Assembly: GCA_021733985.1 (NCBI GenBank)
Contig: JAIPJT010000007.1
Location: forward strand, 10,854 to 74,853
Reading direction: 5' to 3'
Source: Victivallales bacterium
GTDB lineage: Bacteria > Verrucomicrobiota > Lentisphaeria > Victivallales > GWF2-38-69
Length of the DNA stretch: 64,000 bases
Shown here piece by piece: positions 46,578 through 55,230 of the stretch; position 1 is the stretch's first letter; the number at the start of each line of letters is the position of its first letter. The notes beneath the pieces were generated by a model that ran no database searches, had not been told where the DNA came from, and was given only the letters and a program-made list of their open reading frames with translations. The position numbers were made by a program, and so were the translations under genes.

Positions 46578-48806
46578 CGTATCAAAATTGCCCGCATACT
46601 TGTAGACTTAAGCCTTAATAAGCATTTTGATTATTCTGTTCCGGCACATCTTGTTGAAAAAATTAAAATAGGAACATACGTAAATGTTCCGTTCGGAAAG
46701 GGTAAAGACCGACAGATACGAGGCTGCGTTATAGGTTTTCCGACACATTCTCCATCTAAAAAACTTAAAGAAATAAGAAGCTTGAGTGAAAATAATCTTA
46801 CTCTCCCTGAGCCTTTAATAAAACTTGGTGAATGGATAGCCGAATATTACTGCAGTTCACGTGAACAGGCATTACGGACTTTGCTCCCGGGTGCAGTAAG
46901 AAGCGGGAAAATTTCTAAAAAAAGTACTACCTATATTTTTCTACCTGACCCTAAAAAAGCAACAGATTATCTTTTTAAAAATTGCGGAAACTTTCCTTCA
47001 AGAAGACGGGTAATACAGAAACTCATACAAAAACCCGACCTACCTCAGGCTTTACTGCTTAAACAGGCCGATTCCAGCCCTGCGGTAATAAATACGCTTG
47101 TAAAACACGGGATACTGAAAAAAGAAAAACGGCATATCGAAAGAAGCCCTTTTAATTTCGAAACAGCAGTTAGCAGCCAGGTAATTGCGATGACAGATGA
47201 ACAGGAATCTGCTGTAAATAAAATTACCGATATGCTTTTAAAAAGAACCCGGAAATTTACAGCACTTCTTCATGGAGTTACCGGCAGCGGCAAAACCGAA
47301 GTGTATCTGAGAGCAATTGAAAAATGCCTTAAAATGGGAAAAGAAGCTGTTGTACTTGTTCCGGAAATATCACTTACGCCTCAGACTACTGAAAGGTTCA
47401 GGAGCAGATTCGGGAATCTCGTCAGCGTACTGCACAGCGGTCTGAGCGACGGCGAAAGATTTGATGAATGGATGAAAATTTATGAAAGCCGGGTGAAAAT
47501 AGTTGTCGGAGCCAGAAGCGCTTTGTTCGCTCCTTTTAGAAACCTCGGACTTATTGTTGTAGATGAAGAACACGAAAACTCATATAAACAGGATGAAGCA
47601 CCCGGTTATCATGCGAGAGATGTGGCTGTGATGAGAGCCTTCCGGGAAAACGCTGTTGCTGTACTGGGTTCTGCTACACCTTCTATCGAATCATTTTATA
47701 ACGCAGAAAACGAAAAGTATGAATTATTGACCTTAACTAAACGTGTTGAAGACCTTGTGATGCCCAAAGTAAATATTGTTGATATGGCTACTGAAGCAAT
47801 AGAACAAGGCGGCGGTCTCTTTTCAAGAAAACTTACTGATGCAGTATATAAAAGGCTGAATAATGCGGAACAGTCCATTTTGTTTCTGAACAGGCGTGGA
47901 TTTTCAACTTACCTGAGCTGTCCCGTTTGTAACGAATATGTGGCTACATGCTCCAATTGTTCAATTTCATATACCTATCATAAGTCCAAGGGCTGCCTCT
48001 CATGCCATATCTGCGGGTCCATTGTACCCGCTCCAACGGTCTGTCCGAATTGTAATTCTCCGGAAATCAGATACGGAGGTACAGGGACGGAAAAGATAGA
48101 AGATGTCGCTGCCAGACTTTTCCCTCATGCGAAAATTGTTAGAATGGACTCGGATACAATGGTAAATCGTAAATCATACGAGACTGTTCTGTCATCTTTC
48201 CGCAAAGGAGAAATAGATATTCTGATAGGAACTCAAATGATCGCTAAAGGGCTTGATTTTCCAAATGTAACTCTTGTAGGAGTTATAAACGCTGATACCG
48301 CACTTAATCTTCCTGATTTCAGGGCAGCTGAAAAAACGTTCCAGCTGCTGACACAGGTTGCCGGGCGCGCAGGCAGGGGGATTGTGCCTGGAGAAGTTTT
48401 TATCCAGACGCGTTTCCCTTACAACTCGGCAATACAGTTTGCTGTAAATCATGACTATATTAGCTTTTATAACGAGGAAATATCTATACGCAGACAACTT
48501 AAGTACCCTCCTGCCGGTCACTTGGCTATGCTTAAATTTTCAGGTGAAAATCAGGATTTGGTATCGGAAATAGCAGAAAAAATATATGAAAAAATTATAA
48601 ATATTGCAGCTGAAGAAAAAACAATGATCAGTCCGGTATGTCCGGCACCTATTAGTAAAATAAATAATAAATACAGGTATTCTATAATGTTAAGAGGCAT
48701 TATACCGAAAGTATTGAAAAAATATCTAAAAACTCTTGTGTTTAATAAATACAGAACGAAAGGCTTAAGAGTCCAAATTGATATTGATGCCTTAAGCATG
48801 ATGTAA
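46569..48806 (+). CDS. priA: Primosomal protein N' (replication restart helicase)
   Basis: Walker A GVTGSGKT, DEEH, four CxxC zinc-finger pairs (CPVC, CSNC, CHIC, CPNC) and GTQMIAKGLDFPNV. The start is placed at ATG MENRIKIARILVDL, and the ORF track begins at an upstream GTG. Confidence 0.9.
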   Translation: MENRIKIARILVDLSLNKHFDYSVPAHLVEKIKIGTYVNVPFGKGKDRQIRGCVIGFPTHSPSKKLKEIRSLSENNLTLPEPLIKLGEWIAEYYCSSREQALRTLLPGAVRSGKISKKSTTYIFLPDPKKATDYLFKNCGNFPSRRRVIQKLIQKPDLPQALLLKQADSSPAVINTLVKHGILKKEKRHIERSPFNFETAVSSQVIAMTDEQESAVNKITDMLLKRTRKFTALLHGVTGSGKTEVYLRAIEKCLKMGKEAVVLVPEISLTPQTTERFRSRFGNLVSVLHSGLSDGERFDEWMKIYESRVKIVVGARSALFAPFRNLGLIVVDEEHENSYKQDEAPGYHARDVAVMRAFRENAVAVLGSATPSIESFYNAENEKYELLTLTKRVEDLVMPKVNIVDMATEAIEQGGGLFSRKLTDAVYKRLNNAEQSILFLNRRGFSTYLSCPVCNEYVATCSNCSISYTYHKSKGCLSCHICGSIVPAPTVCPNCNSPEIRYGGTGTEKIEDVAARLFPHAKIVRMDSDTMVNRKSYETVLSSFRKGEIDILIGTQMIAKGLDFPNVTLVGVINADTALNLPDFRAAEKTFQLLTQVAGRAGRGIVPGEVFIQTRFPYNSAIQFAVNHDYISFYNEEISIRRQLKYPPAGHLAMLKFSGENQDLVSEIAEKIYEKIINIAAEEKTMISPVCPAPISKINNKYRYSIMLRGIIPKVLKKYLKTLVFNKYRTKGLRVQIDIDALSMM

Positions 48807-48828
48807 CCCGGTTGCCCCCTAAACAGTA

Positions 48829-48925
48829 ACAGCTGTGTGAAAAATCATAATTGTTGTGATATTATGATAAGAAAAGAATAAATAAAACTTTGATAATACT
48901 TTTTTGCAGAATAATCTGATTATAG
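48829..48925 (+). repeat. Family-2 repeat, divergent copy (upstream of LRAT-like gene)
   Basis: ACAGCTGTGTGAAAAATCATAATTGTTGTGATATTATGATAAG matches the 5' core of the copies at 34214 and 46479. The distal half is only weakly similar. Confidence 0.45.
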
Positions 48926-48962
48926 TAGTTCAAAACATTTTAAAACCTAAAATAATATTATT

Positions 48963-49511
48963 ATGAAAATATATCCTAAAGGACATCTTTTATGTGTTGA
49001 CCACGGCCTATATGAGCATGTCGGAATATCCGACGGTAGCGGTTGTGTATTTGAAAATTCCTACAGGGCCGGAAAACGAGGGAAAGTTCCGTTAGAAGAG
49101 TTTTCTCAAGGGAAAAAAATTATAGATATCGGTTTTCTGCCCAACAGTCTGCCGGCGGATAAAATCATTTCTAATGCGGAAAATGCAGTTAAGAATCCGG
49201 AAAAATATAATTTTGTATTTAATAACTGTGAACATTTTGTCAGGGAAATATGTGGAGTAGATATAAAGAGTCCCCAAATTCAAAAGGCTATTCTTGCTGC
49301 AATCGGTACTGTGGCTGCACTAAAAATCAGGAATCCGCTATTTCGGACAATGGCAGTCGGAGCTTCCACCGGGTTGATTCTGGCAAAATACAGCAGCAAA
49401 ACGGCAATTAAAAAAACTCTTCTGGGAGCTTCCGCAGGTATAGCCGTATCTGCTGCTGTTAAAATTGGAAAGTATATTATAAAAAAATATGGAAATCAGA
49501 AAAAACATTAA
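48963..49511 (+). CDS. LRAT/NlpC-P60-superfamily (H-rev107-like) protein with hydrophobic C-terminal region
   Basis: Candidate catalytic His (YEHVGI) and NCEHF Cys motif of LRAT-like acyltransferases/phospholipases. The C-terminal 70 aa are Gly/Ala-rich and hydrophobic. Confidence 0.55.
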   Translation: MKIYPKGHLLCVDHGLYEHVGISDGSGCVFENSYRAGKRGKVPLEEFSQGKKIIDIGFLPNSLPADKIISNAENAVKNPEKYNFVFNNCEHFVREICGVDIKSPQIQKAILAAIGTVAALKIRNPLFRTMAVGASTGLILAKYSSKTAIKKTLLGASAGIAVSAAVKIGKYIIKKYGNQKKH

Positions 49512-49525
49512 AAGGAGAAAAATTA

Positions 49526-49849
49526 ATGATTACTACAATTGTTTACATTGAGGTTAAACCGGATTGCGTTAACGATTTTATCGAGGCCACAGTTAAAAAT
49601 CATCAAGCTTCGGTCAAAGAAGCAGGAAACATGCGTTTTGATTTCCTGCAAAGCAATAGCAATCCCTGCAGTTTTGTACTTTATGAAGCTTATGAAACTG
49701 AAGAGGAGGCCGCTAAACACAAGGAAACTGCACATTACCTGGAATGGCGCGAAAAAGTTGCACCGTTTATGGCGGAACAGAGGCTTGGAGTTCGTTACAA
49801 AGCAATAAAACCGGAAAACAGTTTAAAATTAAATTATGAACAGCTTTAA
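49526..49849 (+). CDS. Antibiotic-biosynthesis-monooxygenase (ABM/LsrG-like) family protein
   Basis: About 100-aa ferredoxin-like fold pattern (VYIEVKPD, FVLYEAYETEEEAAKHKETAHY). AAGGAG SD. Confidence 0.65.
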   Translation: MITTIVYIEVKPDCVNDFIEATVKNHQASVKEAGNMRFDFLQSNSNPCSFVLYEAYETEEEAAKHKETAHYLEWREKVAPFMAEQRLGVRYKAIKPENSLKLNYEQL

Positions 49850-51014
49850 TATTGCTCGAGTACCCGAATTTTTCTTCGGGGAAGGGATGTTAAAAGAGCT
49901 TCCCGGACTCAATAAACTATTCGGCAGAAATATACTTATTGTTACAGGAGGGAAGTCACTGAAAAAATCCGGTTATTATAAGCAGATTATAGAAAGTTTA
50001 AAGGATTTTAATGTTTATGTGGTAAATGTTGATAGTGAACCTTCTCCCGTGATAATAGATACGTTTGTACTGAATAATCTAAACAATAATATAGATGTTG
50101 TATGCGCAATCGGCGGCGGCAGCGCTCTGGATACCGGAAAAGCTGTGTCGGCCATGCTGAAAGAGGAAAAATTCAGAACTGTTAAAGATTATCTTGAGGG
50201 AGTGGGTTCCAGAGAACCATCAGGAAATAAAATTCCTTTCATTGCTGTACCGACAACTTCAGGTACAGGAAGCGAAGCTACAAAAAATGCTGTGATATCA
50301 GAAATAGGCCCGGCAGGTTTTAAGAAATCTCTAAGACATGATAATTATATCCCGAATGCTGCTGTAATTGACCCGCAGCTGACTGTAAAATGTCCGGCAA
50401 CAATAACTGCTGCAAGCGGTCTCGATGCATTATCTCAGCTTCTTGAAAGCTATATCTCAACAAAAGCCAATGCCTTTACAGATTCTCTTGCAGTAAAGGC
50501 AATACCGGGGATGTTAAACTCCCTTAATGAGGTTTGTAGCCGTGAACCTGAAAATATTGAAAAGCGAGGGTCTGTTGCGTACAGTTCATTTATATCGGGG
50601 ATAACCCTGGCTAATGCAGGGCTCTGTACAGTACACGGGCTTGCAGGGGTGATTGGAGGTTATAAAAATATTCCGCACGGAACAATTTGCGGTTTGCTGC
50701 TCCCCTACTGGCTGGAGGAAACTGTTGCCGCTCTGCTTTCAGACTGTGGTAAATACAGAAAATACCTTGATAAACTTTCAGCAATAGTTAATGTCACGGG
50801 TTTTAATTTTAAGAATAATGAAGATATTGAAAGAATTCAAAATTTTGTAATGCAGGTAAAACAATTGGCCGAAGACTTAGATCTTCCGAAGTTAAATACC
50901 TTCGGTGTTACAGAAGGGGATTTAAACTCTTTTGCAAAAGAAGGCAGCAATAAAAACAATCCTGTTAAGCTGACTGCAAAACAAAAACTTAAAATTCTCA
51001 AAAAAGCGTTTTAA
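49836..51014 (+). CDS. Iron-containing alcohol dehydrogenase
   Basis: GGGSALDTGKA and PTTSGTGSE motifs plus the His-rich metal-site region of the Fe-ADH family. Overlaps the ABM gene by 14 nt. Confidence 0.8.
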   Translation: MNSFNIARVPEFFFGEGMLKELPGLNKLFGRNILIVTGGKSLKKSGYYKQIIESLKDFNVYVVNVDSEPSPVIIDTFVLNNLNNNIDVVCAIGGGSALDTGKAVSAMLKEEKFRTVKDYLEGVGSREPSGNKIPFIAVPTTSGTGSEATKNAVISEIGPAGFKKSLRHDNYIPNAAVIDPQLTVKCPATITAASGLDALSQLLESYISTKANAFTDSLAVKAIPGMLNSLNEVCSREPENIEKRGSVAYSSFISGITLANAGLCTVHGLAGVIGGYKNIPHGTICGLLLPYWLEETVAALLSDCGKYRKYLDKLSAIVNVTGFNFKNNEDIERIQNFVMQVKQLAEDLDLPKLNTFGVTEGDLNSFAKEGSNKNNPVKLTAKQKLKILKKAF

Positions 51015-51117
51015 TTTTTGTAACATTTGGTCTCGCTTTTCAGTCCGGCATTGCCCTGTAAACTTGCCCGAGATTAAAATCCGTCTTTTTCTTGAGGATT
51101 TTTTATAGTTAACGTAA

Positions 51118-51177
51118 CAATGTTATTGAATTAATACGAAATTATTGATTTTACTTAGTTTACGGAACCAGCTGTGT
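51118..51177 (+). repeat. Left-half fragment of the family-1 MITE
   Basis: CAATGTTATTGAATTAATACGAAATTATTGATTTTACTTAGTTTACGGAACCAGCTGTG matches 1120-1178 at 48/59 positions by hand count. No right end is present. Confidence 0.55.
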
Positions 51178-51216
51178 TAAATTAATATCTTAAAGTAAGA
51201 ATAACTGGAGAACAAA

Positions 51217-52023
51217 ATGAACAATTCTTCTATTTATTTAGCCTTTATTTACACTTTGGCTGCCGGTTTATGTACTGGAATCGGAAGCTTTATTGCAATG
51301 TTCAGCAAAACCTTTAACAGAAAATTTTTTGCCGCTGCACTCGGCTTTTCTGCAGGGGTAATGATCTATGTCTCGTTTGTTGATATTTTTGTAAAATCTA
51401 AAGATTCTTTAACTGTTGCCTTCGGTTATAAAACCGGTTACTGGTATACAGTCCTCGCTTTCTTTTCCGGTATAATGATAATTGGGATAATTGACAGGCT
51501 GGTGCCTGATTTTGAGAATCCTCATGAGATCAGAAATATCAATGATCCGGAATATGAAGTTAAAAACCGGGAAAAACTCATGAGAATGGGGGTATTTTCT
51601 GCACTTGCGATAGCGATACATAATTTTCCGGAAGGACTGGCCACATTTCTCGGGACATTGCATGACCCTGCTGTAGGTTTGAGCATTGGTTCAGCAATTG
51701 CCATACATAATATCCCTGAGGGAATTGCTGTTGCAGTGCCTATATACTATGCAACTAAAAGCAAAAAGAAGGCATTCTGTTATTCATTCCTTTCCGGGTT
51801 GGCGGAACCTTTAGGAGCGATTATCGGATATTTTATTTTGAGGAGTATTTTTACTGATGAAGTATTCGGTCTCACTTTCGGTTGTGTGGCCGGAATAATG
51901 ATATATATTTCCCTGGATGAGCTGCTTCCTACTGCAGAAAAATACGGAGAACATCATATAGCAATTTATGGATTAATATCGGGAATGGCGTTGATGGCTT
52001 TAAGCCTGCTGCTTTTCATATAA
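51217..52023 (+). CDS. zupT: ZIP-family zinc transporter
   Basis: HNFPEGLA and HNIPEGIAV motifs, 8 predicted TM segments, 268 aa. GGAG SD. Confidence 0.85.
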   Translation: MNNSSIYLAFIYTLAAGLCTGIGSFIAMFSKTFNRKFFAAALGFSAGVMIYVSFVDIFVKSKDSLTVAFGYKTGYWYTVLAFFSGIMIIGIIDRLVPDFENPHEIRNINDPEYEVKNREKLMRMGVFSALAIAIHNFPEGLATFLGTLHDPAVGLSIGSAIAIHNIPEGIAVAVPIYYATKSKKKAFCYSFLSGLAEPLGAIIGYFILRSIFTDEVFGLTFGCVAGIMIYISLDELLPTAEKYGEHHIAIYGLISGMALMALSLLLFI

Positions 52024-52103
52024 GATCCCCATTATTGCAGTGTCTAAGTTTATCAAAATTTTTTGGCTTTGTTATGGCGGATAATAATCAGAAGTCGAAA
52101 CTG

Positions 52104-53516
52104 CTATTTGCTGAGATAAAAATCTTTTTCTATTTTTTCAATGTACTTAACATATTCTTCGGGCAAGTTCTTATATTTTTGAATAATAATTTTGGCCGCG
52201 ATCCTGATAAACAGGGTATCTATTCCATATTTTTTTGAATTTTTAAAATTCCACGAAAAAGCATTGGAAATAATATTTATACAAAGTAAAACTGACTCTA
52301 ATAGTGTTCTTTTTATTGAGTAAAACTTCTTATAGGCACTAAATGTTTCGTGTATCAGTTTTGCCGGATTAATCTGTTTAGTGTGAAACACAACAAACAT
52401 TGCATTATAAAAATCCCAGTTTTTATGAAAAATTCTGCCCTCGCTGTCAAGTGTTTCATATATCTTTGTTCCGGGAAATGGTGTCAATATCATAAACTGA
52501 ACAGTATCAATATTATTTTCTATCGCAAAGTCTACAGTATTTCTTATATTTTCAGTATTATCATTATCATCACCAAACATAAACATTCCATGTATGTTTA
52601 CCCCATAATAATGTAAAATCTCAATTGCATCTTCGATATCTTTTCTGGTCTGAGATTTATGATATGCTTTAAGTGTTTCGTCATTAATTGATTCAAATCC
52701 GATCTGTACCCATCGAAGCCCGGCGTTAACCATTTTCTTAATTAAATCAGGATCTTTTGCTAAGTCAGTTCTAACTTGTGCAAACCAGGTTATATCAAGT
52801 TTTTTTTCTATCATTAAGTCGCATAGCTTATTAATACGCTTTTTATTTGCTGAAAAATTATCATCATAGAAAAAAAATTCCTTGTACTTTGATTGTCTTG
52901 CAGCATTTTCTATTTCAGCTAAAATCCTTTCTGGAGACTGCATCCTGAACTGTTTTCCAAATATTTTAGTAACCGTACAGAAGTTACAGTCAAAAGGGCA
53001 CCCTCTTGACGTCATAACAGGTACTATATCTATTGTTTCAAATCCATCCAGTAAAGAATAATTTATCAAAGGCAGTTTATCTAAATCTTTACATTTTGTG
53101 CCGTTAATTACTTTTTGAGTATATTTTCCCTCAATTATATCTATAATAATATCTTCAGCTTCTCCAACAATTACATGATCAACAAGATTTATGAATTCAT
53201 CAGGAAGAAGTGAGGCATGTATTCCGCCAAATAAAACTTTTGATTCGGGATAAAGCTTTTTAAGCTGGCCTGCTAATACCTTAGCCCTGTTTGCACTTAC
53301 GGTTAAAGCGGTTAAACAGAATATATCAGCTTTTAAATCGTAAGGGTCAAGTTGTTTGCCGATGATGTTTTCATTCAGTATTTTTACATCATAACCGTTA
53401 TTGTACAGTATAGTTCCGAGATATAAAGGTCCAACTAAAGGAAGCTTCATGTAATTGTCAAAAACATTTGCTTTATTTCCAAGTGGTTCAATGAAAATAA
53501 CTCTTTTCTTAGTCAT
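52104..53516 (-). CDS. B12-binding-domain radical SAM protein (DUF4070-type C-terminus)
   Basis: N-terminal cobalamin-binding-like Rossmann segment and SRGCPFDCNFC (CxxxCxxC). The start is placed at MTKKRVIFIEP, whose ATG overlaps the upstream TGA (ATGA). The ORF track extends 18 codons further. Confidence 0.8.
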   Translation of the reverse strand: MTKKRVIFIEPLGNKANVFDNYMKLPLVGPLYLGTILYNNGYDVKILNENIIGKQLDPYDLKADIFCLTALTVSANRAKVLAGQLKKLYPESKVLFGGIHASLLPDEFINLVDHVIVGEAEDIIIDIIEGKYTQKVINGTKCKDLDKLPLINYSLLDGFETIDIVPVMTSRGCPFDCNFCTVTKIFGKQFRMQSPERILAEIENAARQSKYKEFFFYDDNFSANKKRINKLCDLMIEKKLDITWFAQVRTDLAKDPDLIKKMVNAGLRWVQIGFESINDETLKAYHKSQTRKDIEDAIEILHYYGVNIHGMFMFGDDNDNTENIRNTVDFAIENNIDTVQFMILTPFPGTKIYETLDSEGRIFHKNWDFYNAMFVVFHTKQINPAKLIHETFSAYKKFYSIKRTLLESVLLCINIISNAFSWNFKNSKKYGIDTLFIRIAAKIIIQKYKNLPEEYVKYIEKIEKDFYLSK

Positions 53517-54001
53517 TGCTTTTTCCTTATTATAATCAAAGAGACCCCGCCAATGATAAACAGTGCCCACCAGAAACTGTTGTCATAGTTTATATGCATA
53601 TAAAAATAAATGGAAATTAAGATTGTAGCTATACCTGCTAAAAGAAGACGTGTTTTGTCTTTGTGTATTAGGTAAAGAGTTAATAGAATTATACCGAGAA
53701 AAGTTATAAAGATAGGCCACAGATTTATCAGAATTGACCAGCTATAAAAATTGCAGATAAAAGCTAAAAAACTTAATAATAATAATGCTTCTCCGATAAT
53801 TAGGTATAAGGAGCTTTTTATTTTCGTATATTTATATATACCTATGAAGCCAATACTTAATATTAAAGTTAGCGCAGGCCACAGTTTTTGAAATATTGTA
53901 ACATTAAAAATTTCATCTAAGCCGAATAGTACTCCGGCTACTATTAGAATTATACCTATTTTTGTATAATTACTTTCATCTAATTTTCTAAAAGATTTCA
54001 T
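53513..54001 (-). CDS. Hypothetical polytopic membrane protein (about 5 TM)
   Basis: 162 aa, almost entirely hydrophobic helices. Translationally coupled to the radical SAM gene. Confidence 0.45.
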   Translation of the reverse strand: MKSFRKLDESNYTKIGIILIVAGVLFGLDEIFNVTIFQKLWPALTLILSIGFIGIYKYTKIKSSLYLIIGEALLLLSFLAFICNFYSWSILINLWPIFITFLGIILLTLYLIHKDKTRLLLAGIATILISIYFYMHINYDNSFWWALFIIGGVSLIIIRKKQ

Positions 54002-54503
54002 AATAAATAAAGCACATTGTATTTAATAATTATATTTCATGTAAAACTTCCATCTTCAGAAGTTTTCACTATACGACATTTTCTGTTTTTAATTTAATAT
54101 TTTTTCGGAATTATTGAAAATCCTGAATAAATATATTACATATCAAAACCTTCTGATAAAATAATCTATTAAAGAAGATAAATCAAAACATTTTAACAGA
54201 AGAATAAAGATAACATATAGATGTATTATTACAAGCAAGTTTTAATAGATATTTCTAAAAGCATTAGCTGTCCGCAGTGAACAGTTTTAGGAGGAGCATT
54301 AGGGGGCGAACATTGCTTATCTGTTTAATCCCGAATTATACTGATTTATGACAGTCTCACAGTACAAACCGGAGTTTTCAAAAAAGTTCTTTGTCTCCGA
54401 CATTAGTAAGGGGCCCCTTAAGTGCTGCTTCTGTAAAGACTTTAATATACTCCTCATTAAAAACGGCATGTCTATATGATCCTACGTTAAGAGCTTCAGT
54501 CTA

Positions 54504-54986
54504 TCATTTATTTTTCCCGGCTTTAATTTTATTGTGAAATAGAACAATTCTATAGGTTATTAGATATCCGATGCTCCCTATAACAATTCCGAACACAAAA
54601 CCTCCTACAAGATAGCAAAGGAGTAATTTCCACCCCATATCAAAAAGATTATTCCATGAGAAAGAATAGAGTGTATCGTGAATAAATTTATTCATTTCGT
54701 CAATGGTGATATTATTTCCGGTTATTTTTGAGCCGAGATAGCACAGGCCCGGATACAGAAACGGCGATGTATATGGATTTGTAATAAAGGTTGCCGCAAG
54801 GGCAAGAACTTTATTTGCTCTGAATATAACTGCAAGAATAAATGCCAGTATTACCTGTCCGAGCGGTATTGCCACACCGGAGAAAAGCCCTAATCCTATA
54901 CCAAGTGAGATATAGTGCGGTGAACCGGTAGATGATAATATCATCTTAACATACTTCCGTATTAAGTTGTAAAGTTTTTTTAGCAT
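54504..54986 (-). CDS. DUF2062-family membrane protein
   Basis: GSPHYISLGIGLGLFSGVAIPLGQVILAFILAVIFRANKVLA..FITNPYT pattern typical of DUF2062. Confidence 0.6.
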   Translation of the reverse strand: MLKKLYNLIRKYVKMILSSTGSPHYISLGIGLGLFSGVAIPLGQVILAFILAVIFRANKVLALAATFITNPYTSPFLYPGLCYLGSKITGNNITIDEMNKFIHDTLYSFSWNNLFDMGWKLLLCYLVGGFVFGIVIGSIGYLITYRIVLFHNKIKAGKNK

Positions 54987-55230
54987 GATTCGTTGAGTTA
55001 TGTCCTGAAAAAGTTATAACAGGGGGTGCGGTACTCGAAAATTATCAAAAATTTCTGTTCAGATTTTCTGCTGAAATCCTAAATGAAAAATGTTTGAAAA
55101 CCTTTTTAAATGACAACTGGTTTGCCTGCGGGGACCTGTCGCAACATAAAAGTGAGCTAAAGAATTCGAAGTTCAAAGCTCAAAGGTCAAAGCTCGAAGG
55201 TTTACCGGACTCCAGGTCTAAGCTCTAAGG

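Noticed and set aside
52035-52238. 67-aa plus-strand ORF after zupT
   Set aside because: It overlaps the 3' end of the radical SAM gene on the opposite strand, and it has low-complexity sequence with no SD.
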